A stretch of 64,000 bases of DNA, from positions 1 through 64,000 of the IMG/VR virus record IMGVR_UViG_3300023184_000024; one strand, written 5' to 3'. The notes under the pieces are model-generated. The model saw only the letters and a list, made by a program, of their open reading frames with translations. It was not told the origin of the DNA and made no database searches. Position 1 is the stretch's first letter, and every line of letters begins with the position of its first letter. Positions 17,733 to 28,642 of the stretch are shown here, one piece after another. Made by a program: the position numbers and the translations under genes.

Positions 17733-18547
17733 AACCTAAACAAAGAATTAATCACATAGTCAAATGGCTTCGTGCCTATGCCAAGAGTGCCAAAATCTCC
17801 ACTTTTGTAGTAGGAATCTCAGGCGGAATTGACAGCTCAGTTGTAAGTGCATTATGCGCCGAAACTGGCCTGAAAACCATTGTGGTACAGATGCCTATTC
17901 GACAGGCCAAGACACTGGACACTCGCAGTAGTATGCAAGCAGGATGGTTGTTGGAACGCTACAAGGACACAGTTACACACATGAGCATGGATCTAACTCC
18001 TGTGTATGCCGCATTTGAAAAGAAAGTTGGGCCATTCTGTTCTGTGGAACAAGAACCCAATGAGTCTGAACAACTGGCATTTGCCAACTCACGTGCTAGA
18101 CTGCGCATGATGACCCTGTATCAAATTGCACAAAGCCATGGTGGCATTGTGGTGGGCACAGGCAACCGGGTAGAAGATTTTGGTGTGGGTTTCTTTACCA
18201 AGTATGGTGATGGTGGAGTAGACATCAGCCCCATCGGTGATTGTCTCAAAACTGAGGTATGGGACATGGGCAGAGAATTTGGCTTGCCACAAGAAATCAT
18301 TGATGCTGCACCAACAGATGGATTGTGGACAGACGGTCGCACAGACGAAGATCAATTGGGCATGAGCTATCCTGAACTGGAACGGGCCATGGCCAATGAC
18401 GCTATAGAACAGCATGATGTATACAACACATTGCCTTTAGAATTGAGCAAAGATGAAAAGTCACAACTCAGGAAGTACCGTGCTATCCGTGCTCGTAACT
18501 TGCACAAGATGATGCCCATTCCTGTGTGCAAGATTGACACACAATGA
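17729..18547 (+). CDS. nadE: NH3-dependent NAD+ synthetase
   Basis: [44 protein letters not shown]. Confidence 0.95.
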   Translation: MKPKQRINHIVKWLRAYAKSAKISTFVVGISGGIDSSVVSALCAETGLKTIVVQMPIRQAKTLDTRSSMQAGWLLERYKDTVTHMSMDLTPVYAAFEKKVGPFCSVEQEPNESEQLAFANSRARLRMMTLYQIAQSHGGIVVGTGNRVEDFGVGFFTKYGDGGVDISPIGDCLKTEVWDMGREFGLPQEIIDAAPTDGLWTDGRTDEDQLGMSYPELERAMANDAIEQHDVYNTLPLELSKDEKSQLRKYRAIRARNLHKMMPIPVCKIDTQ

Positions 18548-18870
18548 CCTATATTGTCACAGAAGCCTGTGTAAAATGCAAGTACACAGATTGTGTCAAC
18601 GTCTGCCCTGTGGACTGCTTCAAAGTAGGACCAAACTTCCTGGTCATTGATCCGGACGAATGTATTGACTGTGCGGTATGTGTACCGGAATGCCCAGTGA
18701 ACGCAATCTACGCCGAAGAGGATCTGCCCGAAGATCAACGGGAGTTCATACAACTCAATCGAGATCTAGCCCTTGTTTGGCCCACTATTACCAAATCAAT
18801 TGCACCATTGGAAGATGCCGATCATTGGGCAACTGTTGTTGATAAAAAACAGTACCTTGATCGTAGTTGA
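18544..18870 (+). CDS. fdxA: 7Fe ferredoxin
   Basis: [18 protein letters not shown]...[12 protein letters not shown]. Confidence 0.95.
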   Translation: MTYIVTEACVKCKYTDCVNVCPVDCFKVGPNFLVIDPDECIDCAVCVPECPVNAIYAEEDLPEDQREFIQLNRDLALVWPTITKSIAPLEDADHWATVVDKKQYLDRS

Positions 18871-18895
18871 CATACAATTCTATTTGTGCTATAAT
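18867..18895 (+). promoter_or_regulatory. early promoter
   Basis: TTGACA (overlaps fdxA TGA)-17-TATAAT, 5 nt before ATG 18901. Confidence 0.85.
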
Positions 18896-18900
18896 AAAGC

Positions 18901-19164
18901 ATGAAACTTGTACACGATCACTGTAATGTTATAGTAGAAACTCGCCCGTTAATGCAGGACGTTATGGTCATACTAGAAGGTGGCCTCGACGCAGGCGACT
19001 GGATGTGGGCTCGGAAAGAGTTTACAGCTCGTCACGAACGCTGGATAAAATGGATGATCCAACACGGCTACCAAGCAGGCCGACACTACTGGCGGTGCAA
19101 AGAAGGCTATCGATTTTCTTCCGGCGCCCTGGCCACAGCATTTGTATTAGGAATAACAAAATGA
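18901..19164 (+). CDS. hypothetical protein
   Basis: Ends YRFSSGALATAFVL. Confidence 0.65.
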   Translation: MKLVHDHCNVIVETRPLMQDVMVILEGGLDAGDWMWARKEFTARHERWIKWMIQHGYQAGRHYWRCKEGYRFSSGALATAFVLGITK

Positions 19165-19391
19165 TCGAGATTAGCACAAATTCCAAAACATTTAAAACTC
19201 TGCGTCCGGGCGATCCAGACTTTGTAATGGGCAATGGCATACTCATGGCACCTCGTGCTGGACTTGAGATCAGTGACAACTGTCCTAATAAATACGTGTC
19301 AGTAATCAGAGAATGTATCAACCAAGGCTGGCTCAAGCCAGTGGCCCACATGCGAGATTCAGAATATACCTGGGAGTTACTACAGAAATGA
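19161..19391 (+). CDS. hypothetical protein
   Basis: PRAG.EI...CP...GWLKPVA. Confidence 0.7.
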   Translation: MIEISTNSKTFKTLRPGDPDFVMGNGILMAPRAGLEISDNCPNKYVSVIRECINQGWLKPVAHMRDSEYTWELLQK

Positions 19392-19546
19392 TTGATACCG
19401 AAACCAATGCAAGAGACATTGTTTACTCCAAAGAGCATGATGCCTACTACAACCAAACAACCAACGAGTGGACCGAAACCAAGTGCGATGATCCTGCTTG
19501 TGAATACTGTGCCACCCGCCCTGAACGACCAGTAGTTGACAAATAA
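19388..19546 (+). CDS. small Cys-rich protein
   Basis: DAYY...W.E.KCDDP.CEYC..RP. Confidence 0.65.
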   Translation: MIDTETNARDIVYSKEHDAYYNQTTNEWTETKCDDPACEYCATRPERPVVDK

Positions 19547-19585
19547 ATTTGGGCATGTTATAATATACACATAATTTGGAGATAA

Positions 19586-19975
19586 TTGATGAGCATGCAC
19601 TTACATCACCCTAGCTTGAGTCTCAACGGCAAGTATCGTGGCAAAGTAAAATATCGTAATGCCGCAGAAGCACAGAAAGCTCGTGAACTAGACGAGGCTT
19701 GGAAACTCCTCCAGAAGAAATGGGAATTAGATACTGATGAAAAAAGGCGCCAACGTGCCTTGGCCGCCGAGCCGTTGAATTACAAATTGAGCATACCTGC
19801 TGGCAGAGATACCAAGCATATCCCCAGCCGAGACACTGGTGGTAATGCGGCCCTGGCTCCGGCCAAAGTATACACTGGTACCAAAGTCAAAGGCATTGGC
19901 ACCATGCATAAAAGCAATGCTGTTCCTATCTTCAGTGACGAGGAGGCCATTGCAATTTCAACAATGAGACGATAA
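19586..19975 (+). CDS. conserved phage hypothetical protein
   Basis: YTGT...GIGTMHKSNAVPIF...MRR; promoter TTGACA(19536)-17-TATAAT. Confidence 0.8.
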   Translation: MMSMHLHHPSLSLNGKYRGKVKYRNAAEAQKARELDEAWKLLQKKWELDTDEKRRQRALAAEPLNYKLSIPAGRDTKHIPSRDTGGNAALAPAKVYTGTKVKGIGTMHKSNAVPIFSDEEAIAISTMRR

Positions 19976-20170
19976 ATGAATATAGAAGTAAAAACAGATG
20001 TTAGTGGTAAGTGGGTCGCACGTGATGATGTTGATGTTATTATTAAAAATACAGCGCAAGAATGCATTAGTATTTTAAACAATCCACACACTGCATCTAA
20101 TCTAGATCTCGCTCAGAGCGTGACCAACGAGATAGTTAAGCAAATCAAACAACGATTTGAGATAACATGA
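19976..20170 (+). CDS. hypothetical protein
   Basis: Coupled ORF. Confidence 0.6.
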   Translation: MNIEVKTDVSGKWVARDDVDVIIKNTAQECISILNNPHTASNLDLAQSVTNEIVKQIKQRFEIT

Positions 20171-21009
20171 AACTATATGTAACCAGTGACATTCACCTTG
20201 AATTTGGTGATTGCATAATTGAAAACACGGACAACGTAGATGTGCTGATCCTCAGTGGCGATATCATGATTGCCCAGGATCTGCATGACCATTCCGAAGA
20301 AAGCCTACGTGCAGGCATTGTAACCGAGAGTCTAGGCGAACGTCAAGCAAAAGCTATTCGCTTTCGTGAGTTTTTGCAACGATGCAGTGATGACTTTCCG
20401 CACGTAATTTATATTGCAGGAAATCATGAGTTTTACCATGGCAAGTGGCCCATTGGCATTGAGTACCTGCGTGAAGAGTGTGCAAAGTTTTCCAATGTTT
20501 ACTTTATGGAAAATGATTGTAGAAACATCGATGGGTACACATTCATTGGCAGTACATTGTGGACTGATATGAACAAGGGTGATCCAATTACCCTGTATCA
20601 TATTGCTGGTATGATGAATGACTATAGAATCATTCGCAACAGTGACCATGGCTTTAGACGTCTAACACCCGAAGATGTTGCACTACGTCACCGCACCAGT
20701 GTGGGGTACATCAAAACAATCATTGAAGGTAAGTTTGATCAAAAGTTTGTAGTGGTAGGACACATGGCTCCCAGCAGATTAAGCACCCATCCTAGATATG
20801 CCGACGACAATATCATGAATGGCGGATACAGTTCTAGCTTGGATGAGTTTATCATGGATCACCCACAAATTAAACTATGGACGCACGGACACACACATGA
20901 AGATTTTGATTATATGGTTGGCAGTACTCGTATTGTATGTAATCCACGTGGGTATATCAACTACGAAGAAAGAGCTGATACATGGCAACCAAAACTAGTG
21001 GAAATTTAA
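20167..21009 (+). CDS. calcineurin-like metallophosphoesterase
   Basis: SDIHLE, GDI, GNHE, H.AP, HGHTH, NPRGY. Confidence 0.93.
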   Translation: MKLYVTSDIHLEFGDCIIENTDNVDVLILSGDIMIAQDLHDHSEESLRAGIVTESLGERQAKAIRFREFLQRCSDDFPHVIYIAGNHEFYHGKWPIGIEYLREECAKFSNVYFMENDCRNIDGYTFIGSTLWTDMNKGDPITLYHIAGMMNDYRIIRNSDHGFRRLTPEDVALRHRTSVGYIKTIIEGKFDQKFVVVGHMAPSRLSTHPRYADDNIMNGGYSSSLDEFIMDHPQIKLWTHGHTHEDFDYMVGSTRIVCNPRGYINYEERADTWQPKLVEI

Positions 21010-21206
21010 CAAACTATCCACATGTGACAAGAATTACATGGACCAGGGTTCCCAAATGGAACGAAATGTGTGCCTGGGCAATTGAACATTTTGGATTACC
21101 AGGTGATCGATTCATTACACATGCAACAGAAGATTACATGGAATGGATGTTTAATAATGCCGACGATCAATTATTTTTTATTTTAGCATGGGGAAATGAC
21201 CGATGA
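20982..21206 (+). CDS. small protein of the F-x4-D-x3-F-x-L-x-W family
   Basis: WAIEHFGLPG.RF...FNNADDQLFFILAWG. Confidence 0.7.
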   Translation: MATKTSGNLTNYPHVTRITWTRVPKWNEMCAWAIEHFGLPGDRFITHATEDYMEWMFNNADDQLFFILAWGNDR

Positions 21207-21556
21207 ACTTTGAAGAAACAACAATGTGGCAACGGCTCAGCAACGGTGATGCCAACTATTATACCAAGGCCGCGGAACCTGAACGAACAGCTTTTCGTGT
21301 TTGGTTCAAAGGTCTGCTTCAAGAACGACAGATTACTGTGGAATTTGAAAAAGCAGATGGCACTGTTAGGGCCATGATTTGCACTTTAAACGAAGACAAC
21401 GGTGCTAAGTACACGGTGAATGAAACAAAGGAAGATAATGCCGCATCTAAAAAGAAACCCAACGATGATGTGTGCGTGGTTTGGGACTGCACACAACATG
21501 CATGGCGCAGTTTTCGTTGGGATAGACTGAAAAGGATTGAATTTTCAATTGGCTAA
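21203..21556 (+). CDS. WYL_2/Sm-like SH3 barrel protein
   Basis: [16 protein letters not shown]...VWD....WRSFRWD. Confidence 0.8.
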   Translation: MNFEETTMWQRLSNGDANYYTKAAEPERTAFRVWFKGLLQERQITVEFEKADGTVRAMICTLNEDNGAKYTVNETKEDNAASKKKPNDDVCVVWDCTQHAWRSFRWDRLKRIEFSIG

Positions 21557-21767
21557 AGAAGAAGGTTTTAAGATAGACGGACAGGTAATTGATGTACTGC
21601 CCAACGCAATGTTTAGGGTTAAATTATCCAATCTGGATGAGCCTATTACCGGCATAATTTCGGGAAAAATGCGACAACACAATATTAAAATTCTACTAGG
21701 TGACACAGTAGAAGTAGAGTTTAGCCCATACGATTTAACACGTGGTCGTATTACCCGACGCAAATAA
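21549..21767 (+). CDS. infA: translation initiation factor IF-1
   Basis: AKEE...LPNAMFRV...SGKMR...[18 protein letters not shown]. Confidence 0.95.
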   Translation: MAKEEGFKIDGQVIDVLPNAMFRVKLSNLDEPITGIISGKMRQHNIKILLGDTVEVEFSPYDLTRGRITRRK

Positions 21768-21774
21768 ATACAAG

Positions 21775-22323
21775 ATGGAACTACGTGACTCTATCAATCT
21801 TGTAGAAGCAAGCACTCGCCCAGCAAAACTGGAAACCACTCCTTTGCCGTACGGGGTCAAAGACCTTGAACCCGTGATGAGCAAGGAAACCATAGACTAT
21901 CATTTTGAGCATTTAGCCAAAGGCTATGCCCGACGTTACAATGCAGGAGAAGGCAATGCGGATTTTAATCGTGCTGGCAGTTTTTTACATAATAAGTTTT
22001 TCCCTCAGCTTCGGGCTCCCAAAGGTGCCAATCGGCCCCGGGGTGCAGTACTTGCACTCATAGAAGAAAAATTCAAAACTTGGGAAGATTTCAAAGACGC
22101 TTTCAAAGAAGCCGCAATGAAGATCCAAGGAAGTGGTTGGGTTTATTTGAGCACAGGTGGTGATATCAAAACCATTGCCAATCACTCTGTGCGCACCGAC
22201 ATTGCATTAATTTTAGATATGTGGGAACATGCATTTGCTCTCCAATACCAATGGGATAAAGAAGCCTACATTGATAGTTTCTGGAAAATAGTAGACTGGA
22301 ATGTCGTGAATGAACGACTATGA
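21775..22323 (+). CDS. sod: Fe/Mn superoxide dismutase
   Basis: LPY...LEP.MS..T...H, GSGW, DMWEHA; late promoter at 21765. Confidence 0.9.
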   Translation: MELRDSINLVEASTRPAKLETTPLPYGVKDLEPVMSKETIDYHFEHLAKGYARRYNAGEGNADFNRAGSFLHNKFFPQLRAPKGANRPRGAVLALIEEKFKTWEDFKDAFKEAAMKIQGSGWVYLSTGGDIKTIANHSVRTDIALILDMWEHAFALQYQWDKEAYIDSFWKIVDWNVVNERL

Positions 22324-22353
22324 CATAAATACTTGTGGGAACACACAAGGACT

Positions 22354-23004
22354 ATGTCAAAAGATTATCGAAAACTTTACGAACGCTATTATCAAGCATC
22401 TCTACTAGAAGGTGTTGATATCCATCATATAGATGGAAATCATGCGAACAATGATCCAACAAATTTACAAGCAGTAACGTTAGAAGAACATTACAATATA
22501 CACAAGTCTCAGGATAATTTTTATGCTTGCTTTATGATTGCTCAGCGTATGAAAATCAAACCCGAAGATTGGGTAGAGATGGCAAGGGCAAATGGTAAAA
22601 AGTCAGCAGAACAAAACATGGAACGCGGCATCGGGCTTACTGTCTGGGCAAAGAACAATCCAACATTAGCAAAAGAAATCCAAAGCAAAGCAGGCATCAT
22701 TGGGGGCAAAAAAACTGTTGATGAAAAAATTGGTATACATGCCCTTTCTAAAGAAGAAAAACAAAAGATTGCATCGCAGGGTGGAAAACGGTCAGCAGAT
22801 TTAGGGCATGGATTTAAAGCAGGACACGCATCCGAAGCAGGTAAGATTGGTGGGAAAAAGGGCGGAGCATACGCCAAAGAAAATCGTACAGGTATCTTTG
22901 CGTTAACTCCGGAAAAGAATAAACAAAGACATTTCAATTCTGTTGTGTCAAAGTTGATTAAAAACGGCAAGGCAAGTGCTTGGCCAAGAATGGAAACTAT
23001 ATGA
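22354..23004 (+). mobile_element. free-standing HNH homing endonuclease with KGG-like repeats
   Basis: IHHIDGNHANNDPTNL.....EH..IH; GGKK repeats; own late promoter at 22326. Confidence 0.8.
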
Positions 23005-23324
23005 CTTTAAACGACACTGCTATTACAAAATTAAAAGAATTATTACAAGAAGAAAACAACCCAAATCTCATGCTACGAGTATTTGTACAAGGTGGCGGGT
23101 GCAGTGGAATGAGTTATGGATTTAGCTTTGACGAATCGCAGAACGAAGACGACTTTGATTTCAACTACGAACAAGTCAAGGTTGTGGTGGACAGCATGAG
23201 CATGCAATATCTGCAAGGTGCAGAGATCAATTATCGTGATGACGATATGGGGGCTAGCTTTGTTATCAGTAACCCCAACGCAGAAACAACCTGCGGCTGC
23301 GGCAGTAGTTTTAGCCCGGCATAA
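23001..23324 (+). CDS. erpA: A-type Fe-S cluster carrier (ErpA/IscA)
   Basis: [12 protein letters not shown]...[12 protein letters not shown]. Confidence 0.93.
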   Translation: MTLNDTAITKLKELLQEENNPNLMLRVFVQGGGCSGMSYGFSFDESQNEDDFDFNYEQVKVVVDSMSMQYLQGAEINYRDDDMGASFVISNPNAETTCGCGSSFSPA

Positions 23325-23382
23325 TTTAGAAGTGTAACTGTGTTCAATTCCGGTAAATACTGGAATACAAGGACACAGTTAA

Positions 23383-26175
23383 ATGCCTACTGGAAATACC
23401 CAACAAGTAATAAATTACGGAGCCACTGCCAATGACGGGCAGGGCGATCCCTTACGCACAGCATTCATCAAAACAGATGAGAATTTTGACAACATCTGGC
23501 TGGCAGGCCCTGCAGGATCCAATGTAAGGATAACCAACAACACCATTGGTGTGATTGACACCAATGGTAATTTGATACTGAGTCCCAATGGTGTTGGGGT
23601 GATCCAAACCAATAACAATGTTGTTCCTAGGGCAAATAGAACCTACGATCTAGGCTCGGCTAATTTACAGTACCGAACAGTATACGCAAATTCGGCCACA
23701 TTCCAAACTGTTGGTGTTGCTGGAGATTTATCAGTCAGCGGCAATCTTACAGTGCAGGGCAACATTATACAAGTTGGTAATATTGTCACCGAAACATTGA
23801 CTATTCAATTGGCCAATGCTGCCACCACGGCCAATGCTGCCAACGGTGCCGGTATCACAGTGGGTGCCAGTGACAACATTGCTACATTATTATATAATTC
23901 CGCCAGCAATGTGTGGACCACAAACATTGGTGTAAGTGCAACAGGCAATGTCACAGCTCCTTATTTTATTGGTAATGGTAGTCAACTAACTGGAATTACA
24001 AGTTCATATGGAAATTCAAATGTAACCACCTTGTTGGGCAATCTAGGTAGCAACGTCATCAGCGGCACAGGAAATATTACCACAACTGCCAACATTTCGG
24101 GTGGAAATATTCTTGGTAATGGTAGACAACTAACTGGCATTGTATCAAGTTATGGCAACGCCAATGTGGTGGCCAACTTGTCCGCATTGGGTACTAACCC
24201 AATTTCAACTACAGGCAATGTGAGTGCAGGCAACATTAGTGCTAGTGGTAATGTTTCGGGTGCTTACGTTAAAGGCAACGGCAGTGAATTGACCAACTTG
24301 CCAGCACCCACAGTCACACAAGACATCACCTCCAACGGTGCCATGAGCATAATGACCTATGATGGCGTCATAAAGTATGTAAACTATGCTACTGTTGAGC
24401 CCTCTTCTGGCAACATTGCTGGTGGCAATATCAGTGCTATTGGTAATGTTGCAGGCAACTTTTTCCTTGGCAACGGCAGTCAACTCACTGGAATTTCAAC
24501 TGCCGACACCGGCAATGTCACATTTGATGACGTCAACATCATTGGCACGGGTAATTTAAACCTACAACCAAATGGCAGCGCCAGTGAATATCTAAATATT
24601 TACTTGACTGGTGCCGCGGATATACATGTGGCATACGGTGGCGGCAGTGGCAATGTGATTTTGGGCACAGATGAAGAAGCCAATGTTGCTGTTTTACAGG
24701 GCGGCAACGTGGCCATACAGGCCGGTAATGTTGCTGGAACCAAGACCTGGACATTTGATACCGCTGGCAACTTGACCTTGCCATTGAATAGTGTTGTTTA
24801 TGAAACCAACATTCCTGACGGCGCACTTAGTGGTAGTGCCATTGCTTTAAAACCAACAGGTGGAACTACTGCCAATCAACAGTTGTTGATTTATCCAACT
24901 GCAAACGACGGTGACCATATACACATGACAAGTGGAAACTTGTATACAACCGAGTTGTTCTTGGGCAGTGATAACTTCTATGCTAAGTTAGCAAACACAG
25001 GTGATATTGTTCTACACGCTAATACTGGCTTAGCAAATGCTACTTGGACGTTTGGTGCAAACAGCAGAACATCATTGCCCGGTGGTACTGTACTTCTAGA
25101 TTCTAGTGGCCTAGGATTACTCACATCAGGTATTGCTAATGCTACTATTGGCACATTCGTACAAGGTGCTGACGGTGGCGTAGGTTGGGAGTATCAAGGT
25201 GATGGCGCAGATGCTAATACTAGTTACGGTGCTGTAGCTTTAGATACAGGTGGAACTGCTAACACCGCAAACTTACGTTTTAAAGTACAATTAGTAGCGG
25301 ATCAAAATGATCCATCTACTAATAAAGAATGGTTGTTTGATACTAGTGGTAACCTAACACTACCAGGCAACACATTTGCTGTTAACTATGCCAACGGCAC
25401 AGCAGTTAGCTTGGGTGGCAGCAGTTATGGCAATGCCAATGTTGTTGCTAACTTGGCCGCACTTGGCTCAAATCCAATCAGCACTACAGGCAATATCACA
25501 GCCGGCAACTTTGTGGGCAACGGCGCGGCCCTGAGCAATGTGACTATAAGTCTTGCTGGTAATGTTGTTGGCACGCAAGCAAATGTTACCCTGGTTGCCG
25601 GTAGTTATTCAACGGTGTTTGACAATACCGGAGTAGCAACATTCCCAGGCAATGTCATAACTGCAGGCAACATCAGTGCCACTGGCAGTATTTTGGCAAC
25701 CCCAGCTTGGACCAGTGCCGGAGCAATCACACTTACTGGAACTACTACCAATCCCACAAAAGGTACAACAACATCTGACAATATCAGTTATCGTCAACTG
25801 GGTGCAAAACAGTGGGAAGTGGTAATGACTTACATACAAAGTTCAGGTACAGGCGGCGCCACCGGCTCGGGAGATTATTTGATCACGCTACCCAATGGAT
25901 TGAGTTTTGATACCACACTACCAAGCCAACCAATTTATACCAGTGGTGTTGGAGTAAGTACCTTTGCACACCTGCCCTATGTAATTCCCAACTGCAACGG
26001 CACTATCACCAACGACATTGTTGGGGGCCAAATATTTCCAATGATCTATAGTGCCACAAAGTTCCGCATACTGACATTCACATACGGCAGTGGCATACAA
26101 TGTTGGGGGGCTGGGTTTTATTCGTGCACTGATGATCCACGAATACAACTGACATTTAGGTTCACATCCACATGA
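23383..26175 (+). CDS. tail fibre / baseplate-attached fibre protein
   Basis: N-terminal NDGQGDPLRTAF.K...NF; Gly/Asn/Thr repeats (GNGSQLTGI, SSYGNANV). Confidence 0.8.
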   Translation: MPTGNTQQVINYGATANDGQGDPLRTAFIKTDENFDNIWLAGPAGSNVRITNNTIGVIDTNGNLILSPNGVGVIQTNNNVVPRANRTYDLGSANLQYRTVYANSATFQTVGVAGDLSVSGNLTVQGNIIQVGNIVTETLTIQLANAATTANAANGAGITVGASDNIATLLYNSASNVWTTNIGVSATGNVTAPYFIGNGSQLTGITSSYGNSNVTTLLGNLGSNVISGTGNITTTANISGGNILGNGRQLTGIVSSYGNANVVANLSALGTNPISTTGNVSAGNISASGNVSGAYVKGNGSELTNLPAPTVTQDITSNGAMSIMTYDGVIKYVNYATVEPSSGNIAGGNISAIGNVAGNFFLGNGSQLTGISTADTGNVTFDDVNIIGTGNLNLQPNGSASEYLNIYLTGAADIHVAYGGGSGNVILGTDEEANVAVLQGGNVAIQAGNVAGTKTWTFDTAGNLTLPLNSVVYETNIPDGALSGSAIALKPTGGTTANQQLLIYPTANDGDHIHMTSGNLYTTELFLGSDNFYAKLANTGDIVLHANTGLANATWTFGANSRTSLPGGTVLLDSSGLGLLTSGIANATIGTFVQGADGGVGWEYQGDGADANTSYGAVALDTGGTANTANLRFKVQLVADQNDPSTNKEWLFDTSGNLTLPGNTFAVNYANGTAVSLGGSSYGNANVVANLAALGSNPISTTGNITAGNFVGNGAALSNVTISLAGNVVGTQANVTLVAGSYSTVFDNTGVATFPGNVITAGNISATGSILATPAWTSAGAITLTGTTTNPTKGTTTSDNISYRQLGAKQWEVVMTYIQSSGTGGATGSGDYLITLPNGLSFDTTLPSQPIYTSGVGVSTFAHLPYVIPNCNGTITNDIVGGQIFPMIYSATKFRILTFTYGSGIQCWGAGFYSCTDDPRIQLTFRFTST

Positions 26176-26897
26176 TCATATCAGGTGTAACACTCAGCAA
26201 TACTGTTGTATACGATGCATCGTTCAATTCAACGGGTGCGTTACTGTATTTAGATCCGGGAAATGTTGCCAGTTATCCAGGTTCGGGAACCACATGGACT
26301 GACCTGTCAGGCAACAACAACACAGCCACCTTGGTGGGTAGTCCAACTTGGACCAGTGCTGGCGCAGCCAGTTACTTCTCACTCAACGGCACCGGTTCAC
26401 AGTATGTGTCCACAGTCTCTAACAAATACAATCAAACCTACACTGGTAAAACTGTCATGGCGGCCATAAGAATCAATGCCAGTGCTTGGACTCCAGGGCT
26501 TGATCAATACCGTGGAATATTTGGCACAAACACTGGCCTTAGAAACTTCAACACTTACATACACCACGATGTTTCAAACAACCTACAAATACATTACAGC
26601 GCAGGCGGGTTTGGCGGATTCAGCGACAATGTGTCAATCCCCGCAAACACCTGGGCCATTGTTGCTGTGACACAGACCACCAGCGGTGTAGTGACTTTTT
26701 ATTTCAACGGAGAAGCAGTGGGAACTGTGGCCGGGCAGACATTTGCCCAGTATCAGAGCAGTTCAACTGAAAATGTAGGTCGACTCGACAACTTTTGGTA
26801 CGGTGACATTGGCGTAACCGCGGTATACGGGCGAGCACTGGATGCTGACCAAATAAAACAAAACTACACTGCTCTAGCACTTGACTACGGACTGTAA
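26172..26897 (+). CDS. LamG/concanavalin-like lectin virion protein
   Basis: LYLDPGN.ASYPGSGTTWTDLSG...Y.NG...Y.RAL. Confidence 0.8.
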   Translation: MIISGVTLSNTVVYDASFNSTGALLYLDPGNVASYPGSGTTWTDLSGNNNTATLVGSPTWTSAGAASYFSLNGTGSQYVSTVSNKYNQTYTGKTVMAAIRINASAWTPGLDQYRGIFGTNTGLRNFNTYIHHDVSNNLQIHYSAGGFGGFSDNVSIPANTWAIVAVTQTTSGVVTFYFNGEAVGTVAGQTFAQYQSSSTENVGRLDNFWYGDIGVTAVYGRALDADQIKQNYTALALDYGL

Positions 26898-26902
26898 AAA
26901 CA

Positions 26903-27448
26903 ATGAGCATACTACGAGAAATAACACAGACACGCCATCAAGCAGTGGAAAATCTGCCGTTTGTTCAGTATCTATTGCGTGGCAACATCACAGCTGACCA
27001 CTACGTGATATACCTTGCAGAGATGTTGGCCATCTATCAGCACCTGGAGCAGTTGGCCGCCCAAGCTGGATTGCTGGACGACATGCCAGAGTTGCCCAGA
27101 GCTGATCGTATCAAACAAGATCTTGCTGAACTAGATCCCGACTATCAACACAGGCTTACCACAGCCACCAAAAATTATCTGCAACACCTTGATCAACTGT
27201 CCAAGAGTGAAAAGTCCGGAGATTTGTTTGCACATGTGTACGTGAGACACTTGGGTGACATGTACGGTGGAAAACTGATATCGCGAGTTGTGCCTGGGTT
27301 GGGTCGTTGGTATGAGTTTGATAATCGTGCAGGCCTTGTGGCTAGATTCAATGCGCACCTACACCTGGACCTGGCCAACGAAGCCTTGACAGCGTTTGAT
27401 CATTTTGGTAATATTTTTGAGGAGTTGTGGACCCGCATACATAATTGA
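26903..27448 (+). CDS. heme oxygenase
   Basis: LREIT...[28 protein letters not shown]. Confidence 0.88.
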   Translation: MSILREITQTRHQAVENLPFVQYLLRGNITADHYVIYLAEMLAIYQHLEQLAAQAGLLDDMPELPRADRIKQDLAELDPDYQHRLTTATKNYLQHLDQLSKSEKSGDLFAHVYVRHLGDMYGGKLISRVVPGLGRWYEFDNRAGLVARFNAHLHLDLANEALTAFDHFGNIFEELWTRIHN

Positions 27449-28572
27449 TGCGATTTCACATTTTAGGACTCCCCCACACAGTTTCCAGCAAAGAGTACAA
27501 TGCTTGTGCTTACACCCAAAAGGTTGTCAAGTTTGGTAAAATGATGACTGCCCGAGGGCATGAAGTCATTCACTATGGTCACGAGGACAGTGATCTTGAC
27601 TGCACCGAACATGTCACAGTGATCAACAATCAAGATTTAGAAAAGGCCTACGGCAACTATGATTGGCGCCGTAACTTTTACAGATTTGACACCGGTGATC
27701 ATGCTTACCAAACATTCTACAAAAATGCCATACGTGAAGTGGGCTTGCGCAAACAACAAAACGATTTTATACTGCCGTTTTGGGGATCGGGTGTGCGCCC
27801 TGTGTGTGATGCACACACAGACTTGATCTGTGTGGAACCCGGAATAGGCTATGCCGGCGGGCACTGGGCACGTTGGAAAATTTTTGAAAGCTATGCCATT
27901 TATCATGCCTATTGCGGACTAGAGTCCGTGAGCACCTGCAAACAAGACTGGTACGATGCTGTGATCCCCAATTATTTTGATCCTGACGATTTTGAATTCA
28001 ATGACAAAAAAGACAACTTCTTTTTGTTTTTGGGCAGAGTTTATTCAGGCAAAGGCATAGATATTGCAATACAAGCAACCGAAGCCACCGGCAATAATCT
28101 AGTGATAGCAGGACAAAATCCCGACAATTTATCATTCCCACCGCATGTGGAGTTTGTGGGCTATGCTGACGTTGATCGCCGCCGCATGTTAATGAGCAGA
28201 GCCAAAGGTGCATTTGTGGCCAGTCAGTATCTGGAGCCATTTGGTGGTGTGCAAATTGAAATGTTGTTTTCAGGAACTCCTACAATCACCACAGACTGGG
28301 GCAGTTTTACAGAAAATAACCTACACGGAATTACCGGATATCGTTGCAGAAGTTTTGAGCAATTTTGCTGGGCCACGGAAAATATTGAGCAAATTGATCC
28401 CAAAGCCTGCTGGACCTGGGCTGAAAATTTTACCCTAGATCGTGTGGCTCCCATGTATGAAGAATACTTCAACAGCGTTTTAAATGTTTACACTGGAAAT
28501 GGTTGGTATGAGCCTAAATTGGATCGTACCAATCTTGATTGGTTGTATAAAAATATCCCAACAAAACTCTAG
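27448..28572 (+). CDS. glycosyltransferase (GT4/GT-B)
   Basis: FLGR...KG...EPFGGVQIE. Confidence 0.88.
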   Translation: MRFHILGLPHTVSSKEYNACAYTQKVVKFGKMMTARGHEVIHYGHEDSDLDCTEHVTVINNQDLEKAYGNYDWRRNFYRFDTGDHAYQTFYKNAIREVGLRKQQNDFILPFWGSGVRPVCDAHTDLICVEPGIGYAGGHWARWKIFESYAIYHAYCGLESVSTCKQDWYDAVIPNYFDPDDFEFNDKKDNFFLFLGRVYSGKGIDIAIQATEATGNNLVIAGQNPDNLSFPPHVEFVGYADVDRRRMLMSRAKGAFVASQYLEPFGGVQIEMLFSGTPTITTDWGSFTENNLHGITGYRCRSFEQFCWATENIEQIDPKACWTWAENFTLDRVAPMYEEYFNSVLNVYTGNGWYEPKLDRTNLDWLYKNIPTKL

Positions 28573-28642
28573 AATTTAACCAGGACCCTCTAGAATATTA
28601 ATAAACTCTCCGCCATAAATACTCGACACAGGAAAATCAAGC

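Noticed and set aside
23383-26897. Diversity-generating retroelement target
   Set aside because: No reverse transcriptase; the repeats differ mostly at synonymous sites, not in an adenine-specific way
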